Positions 1-8,979 of a stretch of 64,000 bases of DNA are shown here, one piece after another. The notes beneath the pieces were generated by a model. That model ran no database searches. It was not told the DNA's origin and saw nothing but the letters and a program-made list of their open reading frames with translations. Numbering within the stretch: the stretch's first letter is position 1; every line of letters starts with the position of its first letter. Both the position numbers and the translations under genes were made by a program. The stretch is taken from the NCBI GenBank assembly GCA_963667785.2, contig CAXXMU010000006.1, forward strand, positions 768,001 to 832,000, written 5' to 3'. Source of the stretch: Alphaproteobacteria bacterium (GTDB lineage: Bacteria > Pseudomonadota > Alphaproteobacteria > UBA828).

Positions 1-1734
1 ATCCGGATGCACGTCGACGCCGCGATCCGGGCACGCGATGCGGGCTTCGACATCATCGAGAACCTGGTTTCGGATTCGATGATCGTGAATCAGTTCCTCC
101 AGCCCTACTACAACAAGAGGACGGACAAGTACGGCGGCTCGCTCGAAAACCGCGCGCGTTTTGCACTGGAAATCGCGGAAGCGACCAAGAAGGCCGTCGG
201 CGACGACTGCGCGGTGGGCTATCGCTACTCGGTCGACACCATGGACGGGGCGGACGGCCTCGAGGTCTGGGAAGACGGCATCGGCTTCATCGAGCTGCAC
301 GAGAGGGAGGGCCTGTGCGACGTCTGGGACATGAAGGTCGGCCGCTACTCGGAGCTCGCGCTGGAAATCGCGGCCTCGCGCTCCACGGCCTCCAACTACA
401 TGGCGCCGTGGATCAGGGAAGCCAAGAAGGCATGCAGCGTGCCCGTGGTCAGCGCCGGCCGCGTCACCAGCCCCGACGAGATGGTGCAGATCGTCAAGTC
501 CGGGCAGGCCGACCTCATCGGCGCGGCGCGGCCCTCCATCGCCGACCCCTTCCTGCCCAACAAGATCGACGAAGGGCGGACCGACGACATCCGCGAGTGC
601 ATCGGCTGCAACGTCTGCCTCTCCAAGTGGTGGCAGACGACGCCCCTCATCTGCACGCAGAACGCCACGTCGATGGAGGAGTACCGGCGCGGCTGGCACC
701 CGGAGAAGTTCGAGCAGGCGAAGGACCCCTGCTCGGTCCTCGTGGTCGGCGCCGGGCCTGCCGGCATGGAGTGCGCGCGCGTGCTGGGGGAGCGGGGCTA
801 CGACGTCCACCTGCGCGAGGCGACGGACGAGATCGGCGGCTGCATGCGCGACATCATGCGCTACCCCCATCTGGCCGAATGGGGCCGCGTCATCAGCTAC
901 AGGCAGGGCCAGCTGGACAAGCTCAGGAACGTCGAGGTGCACACGGGCGTCGGCGAGATGAGCGCCGACGGCGTTCTGGAATACGGCGCCGACAAGGTGG
1001 TCTTCGCCACCGGCGCGCGGTGGTCGACGAACGGCCTCGGCGGCGTGACCATGGCCCCGCTCGACGGTGCCGACGCGGCGCTGCCGGAGATCAGCACGCC
1101 CGAGCAGATCATGGCCGGCAAGGAGACCGGCGAGCGGGTCGTCGTGCTCGACTACGAGGGCTATTACACCGGGGTGAGCATGGCGGAGCTGCTCGCCGAT
1201 CAAGGCAAGGACGTCACCATCGTGACCAGCTTCGACAATGTCGCGTCACACTGCATCTATACCGAGGAGATTCACGATATTCGCCGCATGTTGCACGAGA
1301 AGAACATCAAGCAACATACGCTGCACTGGGCGGACAAACTTGAGATCGGCAATGCAGTTAAGCTTACGATCTTCTACCTTTATCGGGACGGCTACGTTCG
1401 TACGTTGACGCCGAAGAAGGGCGAGTATTCGCGCCGGGCCGGCACCGAGACAACCGAGCTCGAGTGCGACAGTGTCGTCCTGTGCACGGCACGGCTCAGC
1501 AACGACGGGGTGTTCCGCGAGGTCAAGGCGCGCAGCGCGGAATGGGCCGGGCAGAGCATCCAGGCGGTCTACCGGGTCGGCGACTGCCACGCCCCGCGCA
1601 TCGTCGCCAACGCCATCTTCGACGGCCACCGGCTTGCCCGCGAGTTCGAATCGGCGGACCCGCAGCAGCCGCTGCCGTGGATCCGCGAGCGCCAGGTCTG
1701 GGGGCACGAGACGTTTCCCAAGCGGGTCGCCTGA
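1..1734 (+). CDS. Trimethylamine/histamine dehydrogenase-family FMN/[4Fe-4S] oxidoreductase, 5'-truncated by the window edge (paralog 1)
   Basis: OYE-type NKRTDKYGGSLENRARF, GAARPSIADPFLP, Fe-S motif CIGCNVC-x11-C, EEYRRGWHPE, Rossmann VGAGPAG; the frame is open back to base 1. Confidence 0.9.
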   Translation: MRMHVDAAIRARDAGFDIIENLVSDSMIVNQFLQPYYNKRTDKYGGSLENRARFALEIAEATKKAVGDDCAVGYRYSVDTMDGADGLEVWEDGIGFIELHEREGLCDVWDMKVGRYSELALEIAASRSTASNYMAPWIREAKKACSVPVVSAGRVTSPDEMVQIVKSGQADLIGAARPSIADPFLPNKIDEGRTDDIRECIGCNVCLSKWWQTTPLICTQNATSMEEYRRGWHPEKFEQAKDPCSVLVVGAGPAGMECARVLGERGYDVHLREATDEIGGCMRDIMRYPHLAEWGRVISYRQGQLDKLRNVEVHTGVGEMSADGVLEYGADKVVFATGARWSTNGLGGVTMAPLDGADAALPEISTPEQIMAGKETGERVVVLDYEGYYTGVSMAELLADQGKDVTIVTSFDNVASHCIYTEEIHDIRRMLHEKNIKQHTLHWADKLEIGNAVKLTIFYLYRDGYVRTLTPKKGEYSRRAGTETTELECDSVVLCTARLSNDGVFREVKARSAEWAGQSIQAVYRVGDCHAPRIVANAIFDGHRLAREFESADPQQPLPWIRERQVWGHETFPKRVA

Positions 1735-1827
1735 GCGCCCGGGAATGTCCTAGTATCGCGCAGACACGTCTTCCGCGATGCCGACGATGGCTCGGCTTAC
1801 GGGCCGACGAAGGAGAGGAGAGAGAGC

Positions 1828-2208
1828 ATGCTCGATTATGTGACGTTGAAGGACGAGGGCGGCCTGGAGCCGTGGCCGCCGCTGGAGGAGCTGCCGTTCG
1901 TGAACGTGCTCGACGGCAACCCGGTGCACGAGGGGCGTTTCGATCTCGGCGGCTTCGGCATGCGCACGATGGCAGGCGTGTGGCAGTGCACGCCGGGCAA
2001 GTTCGAGTACACCTATCCGGGTGACGAGATCTGCACCCTGCTTCAGGGCAAGATCCACGTGACCGAGCAGGACGGCACCACCCACACCTACACCGCCGGC
2101 GACATCTTCTACACGAACAAGGGCGAGACGGTGACCTGGGTGATCGAGGAGACCGTCCGCAAGGTGTTCTTCATTCACGATCCCGACGCCGAGCAGCTCG
2201 CCGCCTAG
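1828..2208 (+). CDS. Cupin, EutQ/DUF861-like
   Basis: GVWQCTPGKF..DEICTLLQG pattern; strong GGAGAG RBS upstream. Confidence 0.85.
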   Translation: MLDYVTLKDEGGLEPWPPLEELPFVNVLDGNPVHEGRFDLGGFGMRTMAGVWQCTPGKFEYTYPGDEICTLLQGKIHVTEQDGTTHTYTAGDIFYTNKGETVTWVIEETVRKVFFIHDPDAEQLAA

Positions 2209-2351
2209 GCGGCGGCTCCAAACCCATGTGGCGCCGCGCCGTGCGTTCACGCGCATGGCGCGCCTGCCGACGCACGGTCATTCGGTGGATGCAACGGGGC
2301 GCGCCTCCGCGGCGCTGCCCGCATTAGGTCATTAGGTGCAGGGAGGCAACG

Positions 2352-4430
2352 ATGGCCCGCGATCCCCGTTACGATACCCTGTTCACGCCGATCAAGATCG
2401 GCCCGAAGATCGCCAAGAATCGCTTCTATCAGGTGCCCCACTGCAACGCGATGGGCTACGGCGAGCACCACGGCGACGTCGCGCATCGGCGCATGAAGGC
2501 CGAAGGCGGCTGGGCCGTCATCTGCACCGAGCAATGCAGCATCCACCCGAGCTCCTGCGCGGCGCCCTACGGCGAGCGCCGGCTGTGGAACGACGAATAC
2601 GCGGAGCAGCTACGCGGCTGGGTGGACACCATGCACGAATACGGTGCCCTCGCGGCCGTCGAGCTGGTGCACAACGGGCTCGGTTTCTCCAACCGCAAGA
2701 CGAAGGAGTTTCCGCTCGGACCTTCGCCCAACATGGTGCACTACAACTGGGACCCGATCATGGGCCGCGAGATGGACAAGGCCGACATCCGCGAGTTCCG
2801 GCGCTGGCAGGTCGAGGCGGCGAAGCGCGCGGTCAACGTGGGCTACGACATCGTCTACGTCTATGCCGCCCACGACATCGCCCTGCCGCAGCACTTCCTC
2901 TCCCCCCACACCAATCATCGCACCGACGAGTATGGCGGCAGCGTCGAGAACCGCGCCCGCCTGATCGGCGAGCTCCTGGAGGACACCAAGGAGGCGGTCG
3001 GCGACCGCGCGGCGGTGGCGCTCAGGCTCGCGGTCGACGAGAACCGGGGCGAGCACGGCATCACCTGGCAGGAAGAAGGCCAGGCGGTGGTCGAGATGTT
3101 CTCCGACCTGCCCGACCTCTGGGACGTGAACATCAGCGACTGGGCCTACGATTCCGCCACGTCGCGATTCACCGACGAAGCCTTCCAGGAGCCCTACGTC
3201 GCCTTCGTCAAGCAGAAGACCGACAGGCCGGTCGTGACGGTGGGGCGCTACACCTCGCCGGACACCATGATCTCCCAGATCGATCGCGGCATCACCGACT
3301 TCATCGGCGCGGCGCGGCCCTCGATCGCCGATCCCTTCCTGCCCAGGAAGATCGAAGAGGGACGGAACGACGACATCCGCGAGTGCATCGGCTGCAACAT
3401 GTGCGTGGCCTCGGAGAACACGGTGAGCCTGTTCCGCTGCACGCAGAACCCGACCGCGGGCGAGGAGTGGCGGCGCGGCTGGCACCCGGAGACGATCGAG
3501 GCGAAGGGATCGGAGAGCGGCGTGCTCGTCGTCGGCGCCGGCCCGGCGGGCCTGGAGTGCGCGCGGGCGCTCGGGCAGCGGGGCTACACGGTTCACCTCG
3601 TCGAGGCGGAGGCCGACGTGGGCGGCCGCGTGATACGCGAGAGCGCGCTGCCCGGCCTCGCCGCATGGGGGCGCGTGCGCGACTACCGCGTCGGCCAGCT
3701 TGCGAAGATGAAGAACGTCGAGATGCACACGGGCGCGCGCCTCTCGGCGCAGGACGTGCTCGACTACGGCGCCGAGACCGTGGTCATCGCGACGGGCTCG
3801 CGCTGGCGCGGCGACGGCGTCGCCTACACCAACGCCCACGCCATTCCCGGGAGCGACGGCAAGAAGGTCTTCACCCCCGACGACGTGATGGACGGGAAGG
3901 GGCTCGAAGGCCCGGTCGTCGTGTTCGACGACGATCACTATTACATGGGCGGCGTCATCGCCGAGAAGCTCCGGGCCACGGGTCACGAGGTGACCATCGT
4001 CACGCCGCTGATGGAGCTCTCGCGCTGGTCGGAATACACCCTCGAGATGGAGAAGATCATGAGCCAGGTCCTCTCCATGGGGATCGAGCTGATCACTGAT
4101 CACAACATCGCTAACGTCGGCGACAACAGCATCGAAATCTACAACGTCTATCACGAAGAGAGACGGCAGCATCTCGGCTATCAGTCGCTCGTGCTCGCCA
4201 CCTCGCGCCTTCCGAACGACTCGCTCTACCGGGAGCTTGCGGCGGAGCCGGAGAAGCTGGAGAAGGCCGGCATCGCGACGCTCGCGCGCGTCGGCGACTG
4301 CGTGGCTGCCGGCACGATCCAGCATGCGGTCTACGAGGGCCATCGCTTCGCCCGCGAGCTCGACGCAGGCGCCGTCGCCGACGTGCCCTACAAGGTGGAG
4401 TACGTGCAACTGGAACGCGCCATCGCCTGA
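2352..4430 (+). CDS. Trimethylamine/dimethylamine/histamine dehydrogenase-family flavoprotein (paralog 2)
   Basis: MARDPRYD N-terminus, RFYQVPHC (cysteinyl-FMN Cys), YVYAAH, CIGCNMC..C, GAGPAG; RBS GGAGG. Confidence 0.92.
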   Translation: MARDPRYDTLFTPIKIGPKIAKNRFYQVPHCNAMGYGEHHGDVAHRRMKAEGGWAVICTEQCSIHPSSCAAPYGERRLWNDEYAEQLRGWVDTMHEYGALAAVELVHNGLGFSNRKTKEFPLGPSPNMVHYNWDPIMGREMDKADIREFRRWQVEAAKRAVNVGYDIVYVYAAHDIALPQHFLSPHTNHRTDEYGGSVENRARLIGELLEDTKEAVGDRAAVALRLAVDENRGEHGITWQEEGQAVVEMFSDLPDLWDVNISDWAYDSATSRFTDEAFQEPYVAFVKQKTDRPVVTVGRYTSPDTMISQIDRGITDFIGAARPSIADPFLPRKIEEGRNDDIRECIGCNMCVASENTVSLFRCTQNPTAGEEWRRGWHPETIEAKGSESGVLVVGAGPAGLECARALGQRGYTVHLVEAEADVGGRVIRESALPGLAAWGRVRDYRVGQLAKMKNVEMHTGARLSAQDVLDYGAETVVIATGSRWRGDGVAYTNAHAIPGSDGKKVFTPDDVMDGKGLEGPVVVFDDDHYYMGGVIAEKLRATGHEVTIVTPLMELSRWSEYTLEMEKIMSQVLSMGIELITDHNIANVGDNSIEIYNVYHEERRQHLGYQSLVLATSRLPNDSLYRELAAEPEKLEKAGIATLARVGDCVAAGTIQHAVYEGHRFARELDAGAVADVPYKVEYVQLERAIA

Positions 4431-4496
4431 TCGCCGGCCGTGACCGCAGCGAAGCATCCGGGGTACTGTCGCGCGTCCGGAGAGCGGGAGGAACAC

Positions 4497-5399
4497 ATGG
4501 ACACGGTGCGTTCAATCGACCGGCATGCATCCGCCGACGAGGCGATGGCGATCCTCGAGGAGGACGGCGCCGTCATCTACCGCCAGGTCGTCGATGACGA
4601 GGTGGTCGACCGGGTCAACGCGGAGCTCGAGCCCTTCATGTCGCGCGCCTACTTCGGCGAGGGGGAGTTCTGGGGGAACAAGACGAAGCGGGTCAGTTCC
4701 CTGGTGGCGAAGTCGAGGACCTACGGCGAGGAGCTCGCCGCGTGCCCGCAGATCCTCGGCGTGATGGATCGCCTGCTGCTGCCGCGCTGCGAGCGCTACC
4801 ACCTTCACGTCACCCAGGCGGTGCGGATCGGCCCCGGCCAGGGACTGCAGATCATCCATCGGGACGACGCGCTGATGCCCTTCCGCCACCCCGGACCGCA
4901 GTGCCTCTGCAACACGATGTGGGCGCTCACCGACTTCACCTACGAGAACGGCGCCACCAACGTGGTTCTCGGCAGCCACGTCTGGGACGACGACACCTAC
5001 CCCGACGACGACACCCCGAGGGCCTACGCCGTCATGCCGCGCGGCTCGTGCCTGATCTACCTGGGCTCGGTCTATCACGGCGGGGGCCGGAACAATACCG
5101 AGGACGAGTGGCGCACCGGCGCGATCACCGGCTACAGCCTGGGATGGCTGCGCCAGGAGGAGAACCAGTACCTCGCGGTCCCGCCGGCCGTCGCGAAGAC
5201 CCTGCGCGAGGACGTGCAGCACCTGATCGGCTATCACCTGCACGACTTCTTCCTGGGCTGGGTCGAGGGGCACAGTCCTCATATCGTGCTGGAGGATCGC
5301 TACAGCGATGTCATGCCGGCGGCGTCCGAAGGCGGCGAGTATGTCGACGATACCTACGTCTTCAAGACGGCGACGCTCGGCGAGCCGAGCAAGCACTGA
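4497..5399 (+). CDS. Phytanoyl-CoA dioxygenase (PhyH)-family Fe(II)/2-oxoglutarate dioxygenase
   Basis: HRD motif, WALTDFTYENGAT, distal YHGGG, GWLRQEENQYL; start set at the ATG after GGAGG. Confidence 0.88.
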   Translation: MDTVRSIDRHASADEAMAILEEDGAVIYRQVVDDEVVDRVNAELEPFMSRAYFGEGEFWGNKTKRVSSLVAKSRTYGEELAACPQILGVMDRLLLPRCERYHLHVTQAVRIGPGQGLQIIHRDDALMPFRHPGPQCLCNTMWALTDFTYENGATNVVLGSHVWDDDTYPDDDTPRAYAVMPRGSCLIYLGSVYHGGGRNNTEDEWRTGAITGYSLGWLRQEENQYLAVPPAVAKTLREDVQHLIGYHLHDFFLGWVEGHSPHIVLEDRYSDVMPAASEGGEYVDDTYVFKTATLGEPSKH

Positions 5400-5530
5400 C
5401 GCAAGCATGCATCCGGGCGCAAGGGACGGCGGAGTCTTGCCGCTGAGTCCGGCGCCGGCGTAAGCTGATCGCGGCGAGTGACGGCGCGCCCCTGCTTCCG
5501 TGCGTGGGCCGATTACGGGAAGGCGAGACA

Positions 5531-5914
5531 ATGTCGACAACGCTCGAATCACAACGGCGCATGGTCAACCTCGACACGGCGGAGTTCGTTCCGTACGGAT
5601 TGCAAGGCTCAGAGCAGTCCGACCTGACCTGGTGCAATGTCAGCTACGACGAGGCGGAGGGCGGCGGCTGCTTCCTGATTCGCTTCAAGCCCGGCGGCAC
5701 CTCGATCCCTCACGAGCATGTCGGCTACGAGGAGTTCCTGGTTCTCGATGGCGAGATCGAGGACTGCGACGGCGCGATTTACAAGAAGAACGACCTCGTG
5801 TCCCTCAAGCCCGGCTCCAAGCACTTCTCGGTCTCGCACACCGGCTGCACGGTCGCGGTCTTCATCCGCGGCGGCTTCCGCACGCTGGAACAGGACGAGC
5901 CGGTCGATGGCTGA
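5531..5914 (+). CDS. ChrR-like cupin (cupin_7), copy 1
   Basis: PHEHVGYEEFLVLDG..PGSKH metal-cupin motifs. Confidence 0.8.
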   Translation: MSTTLESQRRMVNLDTAEFVPYGLQGSEQSDLTWCNVSYDEAEGGGCFLIRFKPGGTSIPHEHVGYEEFLVLDGEIEDCDGAIYKKNDLVSLKPGSKHFSVSHTGCTVAVFIRGGFRTLEQDEPVDG

Positions 5915-5923
5915 GCGCTAGCC

Positions 5924-6352
5924 GTGCAGGAGACGGCCCGGAGGGACGCGTCGCTTGCGTCCTATCGCACGATCGTGAACGTCGAGACCGCGGCCTTCGG
6001 GGCCGAGCCGCCCCATCGCATGAAACGCGCGGCGGACGCGGCGCGGCCGGTCTGCCCCACCGCCACCTACTGCAACATCAGCTACGACGCGGACGCGGGC
6101 GAAGGCTGTTACCTGGTCCGCTTCGCGCCCGGGGCCCGCTCGACGCCTCACGAGCACATCGGCCACGAGGAGTTCCTGGTGCTCCACGGGTCGCTGACCG
6201 ATTGCGACGGCACGGTCTACCGGCGCGACGACTTCGTCTCGCTGAAGCCCGGCTCGAAGCACGTCTCCGTCTCGGAAGACGGTGCCACGCTCCTGGTGTT
6301 CATCCGCGGCGGCTTTCGCGCGCTCGGCGAGAGCGAGGACGTTCACCGGTAG
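5924..6352 (+). CDS. ChrR-like cupin (cupin_7), copy 2 (tandem paralog)
   Basis: PHEHIGHEEFLVLHG..PGSKH; clearly similar to the preceding ORF (CN(V/I)SYD, VSLKPGSKH, VFIRGGFR). Confidence 0.8.
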   Translation: MQETARRDASLASYRTIVNVETAAFGAEPPHRMKRAADAARPVCPTATYCNISYDADAGEGCYLVRFAPGARSTPHEHIGHEEFLVLHGSLTDCDGTVYRRDDFVSLKPGSKHVSVSEDGATLLVFIRGGFRALGESEDVHR

Positions 6353-6576
6353 AGCACTTTTCGTTTAGACACGATCGCAGCGCGTTGCTGCGGGTGCCGA
6401 TCCCGGTGCGGTGCGGGCCGAATCACCCCCACCTCACCCCGGCCCTCTCCGCCCCCAGGGGCGGAGAGGGAGAACGGGTGGCGCCGCCTGCGTTCCCCCT
6501 CCGCCTTTGGGGGAGGGGGACAGGGGGAGGTGGGAGTCAAGCCGTGGTGACCTCGTATGGTCGGATAATGCTCTAG
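6350..6576. repeat. TAGAGCA...TGCTCTAG-bounded intergenic element with a nested GC-rich palindromic repeat (6426-6535)
   Basis: Inverted ends TAGAGCA/TGCTCTA; inner unit CCCACCTC...GAGGTGGG with two hairpins (CCCTCTCCGCCCC..GGGGCGGAGAGGG); lies between convergent genes. Confidence 0.6.
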
Positions 6577-6600
6577 CGGTCGGCAGGGCGTCCCACCCCG

Positions 6601-8004
6601 CTATTCGGCTGCGTCGGCTTCGGCAAGCTCGGCGCTGAGCCTCTCGATCAGGGCGCGCTTGGCGTCGTCGTCGAGCTTCTTCAGCTCGTTGTTCATGGCG
6701 CGCTCGTTGACCGACTGGTTCCAGTAGTCCAGCGCCTCGAAGCCGAGCAGCGCCCACTTGCCGACGAACTGGCGCAGCACCTCGTTGGTCGGCCCCATGA
6801 TCCAACCGGCCTTGGCGTCCCGGACCACGCGCTCGATGACGAGGCTCTTCTTGTAGCCGGTGCCGCCGCAGGCGTTCAGCATGCGATCGGCGACCGTGTA
6901 GACGCACTTGCTCGCGATGTACTTGGCCTTCCAGCTCCAGGTCAGGAACTCCGAGCGGGGCAGCAGGTCCAGGTCGTCCTCGTGGATCGTCCAGTCGCAG
7001 TTGTTGGTGACCGCGTCCATCTGCTGGGCGACGGCGAAAGCGTAGACGCGCGACGCCTGGGTATCCATGATGGCATCGCCGAAATAGTCCTGAATGCTCG
7101 GATAGTCGCAGACGCGCATGCCGACATCCGCGTGGGTCTTGCGGGTCGCCTGCCGCTTGGCGAGGTCGATCGCGGCCATGCCGAGGCCGTTGTACGACGC
7201 GGCGAGCATCAGCAGGCCGATGGGGTCCAGGCCCTCGTCGTTGGAGCGGGCGCCGTCGCCGGGCGGGCCCACCATGCGATCGGTCGGCACCACCACGTCC
7301 GTGATCTCGATCGGCCCGGACTGATTGCCGCGCATGCCCATCGCGTCCCAGCTCGCCGGGTGCGCGACGATCTCGTCCGCGTAGATCAGGAACACGGAGA
7401 GGTCGGAGAAATCACCGTCGAAGTCCGGGCTGGTGGTCTGCGCCACGTAGAAGTCCGCGAACCCGCCCGACGTGGTCCACGAGGACTTCTTGTTGACCCG
7501 CCAGCCGCCGTCGACCCTCTCGGCCTTCGACGCCATCGGATACCAGAAGTGCGAGCCAGTCTCGGGGTCCGAGTAGGACGCGGTGCCGACGAAGACGTCG
7601 CGGTTCAGGCGCCGCAGGGTCTTCTGGATCTCGGGATTGCCGCCGGCGCGGAGCAGCAGCGCGCTGACCGCGAGCAGGTGCATGGTATAGACCAGCGCGG
7701 TGCTGGCGCAGCCGTAGCGGGCGATGGTCTCCAGCACCATGGTCACGCAGACGTGGTTCTGCCCCATGCCGCCGTATTTCTTCGGCACGTGAAGGGCGAG
7801 CAGATCCTGCGAGGCGAGCGCCTCCATGCTCTTGCGCGGAAAGATGCTGTCGCGGTCGCACTCGATGGCGTGCGGCGCGATCGTCGAGTGGCAGAGCTCG
7901 ATCAGGCGGGCCTGTATCTCCCGTTGCTCGTCGGTCAGATACCACTGCGGATCAAACTCATAGGACAGGCCGAAATAGGGCTCATCGCCCCACATCTTCG
8001 TCAC
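6601..8004 (-). CDS. Acyl-CoA dehydrogenase-fold flavoprotein (non-canonical)
   Basis: VPKKYGGMG, SYSDPETGS, KKSSWTTSGG, GMRGNQSG, GGTGY..IERVVRDAKA; true start is the GTG at 8004 (GGAGAA RBS), not the long ORF start at 9462. Confidence 0.88.
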   Translation of the reverse strand: MTKMWGDEPYFGLSYEFDPQWYLTDEQREIQARLIELCHSTIAPHAIECDRDSIFPRKSMEALASQDLLALHVPKKYGGMGQNHVCVTMVLETIARYGCASTALVYTMHLLAVSALLLRAGGNPEIQKTLRRLNRDVFVGTASYSDPETGSHFWYPMASKAERVDGGWRVNKKSSWTTSGGFADFYVAQTTSPDFDGDFSDLSVFLIYADEIVAHPASWDAMGMRGNQSGPIEITDVVVPTDRMVGPPGDGARSNDEGLDPIGLLMLAASYNGLGMAAIDLAKRQATRKTHADVGMRVCDYPSIQDYFGDAIMDTQASRVYAFAVAQQMDAVTNNCDWTIHEDDLDLLPRSEFLTWSWKAKYIASKCVYTVADRMLNACGGTGYKKSLVIERVVRDAKAGWIMGPTNEVLRQFVGKWALLGFEALDYWNQSVNERAMNNELKKLDDDAKRALIERLSAELAEADAAE

Positions 8005-8187
8005 GGCGGATTCTCCATTCGTGGTCAAGCGCGATGCGACAGCGGCGCAGCATTCTAGCGAAAGTTTCAGTCGGCGCGATTCGGCACGTGGCGATGCCCC
8101 GCCTCGAATGAAGGTGGTATGCTGCGGTGCGGACCGAAGCCGACGCGAGGCGTTGCCCGCGCCGGTCGAGCCACGCCGGAGACGAAA

Positions 8188-8859
8188 GTGCCGCGCCGGT
8201 TCGACATTGCCCAGCTCAACATCAGCGGCGTCGCGGTGCTGACGCTGCTGGCCGGGCTGGTCGCCGCCGCCATCCTCGACCCGCCCTCCGAGAACCGCGT
8301 TCCGGAGATCACCGACGAAGACCGGCGGATCACCGCCTATCACGAGGCCGGTCATGCCTTGCTCGCCGCCCATCTCCCGGCCGGCGGAGACATCCTGCAC
8401 GTGACCATCGTCTCCCGCTGGGGCGTGCTCGGCAGCATGACCCGCGCTGCGGCGGACGGCGATATGGGCGACGATGCGTTGCGCGCGCGCAAGGAAGCGG
8501 AGCTCGTCATCGCGCTGGGCGGCCTGATCGCCGAGGCGATCGCCCGCGGCGACGGAGAGATGACGGACGCGATGACCTCCGACATCAAGGCGGCGGAGAG
8601 GATCGCCTTCGAGCTGCTGGGCGGCCCCGCCGCCGGCCTCACGGTCGCGAAAGCCGACGCCGGCGTGCGCCGTTCGATGGACGAGGCAGAACGCCGCGCC
8701 CGCGCCATTCTCGAGAGCCGCGAGGGGCAGCTTCACCGCCTCGCCGACGCTCTCCTGGAGCACGGCACGCTGGAGGCGGTCGACATTGCCCGCATTCTCG
8801 AGGGCGGCACGCCAAACCGGGAGTCGAGCGCGCGCCCCATCCCGTTCACCACTAGCTGA
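8188..8859 (+). CDS. Stand-alone peptidase M41 (FtsH protease-domain-like) protein with an N-terminal hydrophobic segment
   Basis: RRITAYHEAGHAL, LGGLIAE, SDIKAA, LHRLADALLEHGTL match the FtsH C-terminal domain; no Walker motifs; GTG start after GGAGA. Confidence 0.75.
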   Translation: MPRRFDIAQLNISGVAVLTLLAGLVAAAILDPPSENRVPEITDEDRRITAYHEAGHALLAAHLPAGGDILHVTIVSRWGVLGSMTRAAADGDMGDDALRARKEAELVIALGGLIAEAIARGDGEMTDAMTSDIKAAERIAFELLGGPAAGLTVAKADAGVRRSMDEAERRARAILESREGQLHRLADALLEHGTLEAVDIARILEGGTPNRESSARPIPFTTS

Positions 8860-8877
8860 AGAAAGCGAACGCCGATC

Positions 8878-8907
8878 CGCGTCGCCGCACCGGTCTGCGG
8901 CGACGCG
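8878..8907. terminator. GC-rich hairpin after the M41 gene (possible terminator)
   Basis: CGCGTCGCCGCA-ccggtc-TGCGGCGACGCG perfect 12-bp stem; no clear U tract. Confidence 0.4.
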
Positions 8908-8940
8908 CAGACCATGACCGTGGTGAGAAATGCGGGCTAA
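8904..8940 (+). mobile_element. Solo end of the CCCGCATTTCTCAC MITE family
   Basis: CGCGCAGACCATGACCGTGGTGAGAAATGCGGGCTA is the exact reverse complement of the left end of the element at 26438. Confidence 0.75.
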
Positions 8941-8979
8941 GATCGCCGGCGGTTCCTGCGACGACAGAGGGGCGCGGCG

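Noticed and set aside
1779-1815. Possible guanidine-II-like tandem ACGR hairpins before the cupin gene
   Set aside because: Only one weak stem (G-U closing pair) forms; the second ACGR is not in a proper hairpin
2610-4496. Long antisense and alternate-frame ORFs (e.g. 2610-4496 -, 18471-21065 +, 31099-33315 -, 35665-37632 -, 41317-43236 -, 60503-62629 +)
   Set aside because: Shadow ORFs expected in high-GC DNA with biased codon use; they overlap well-supported genes and show no recognisable motifs
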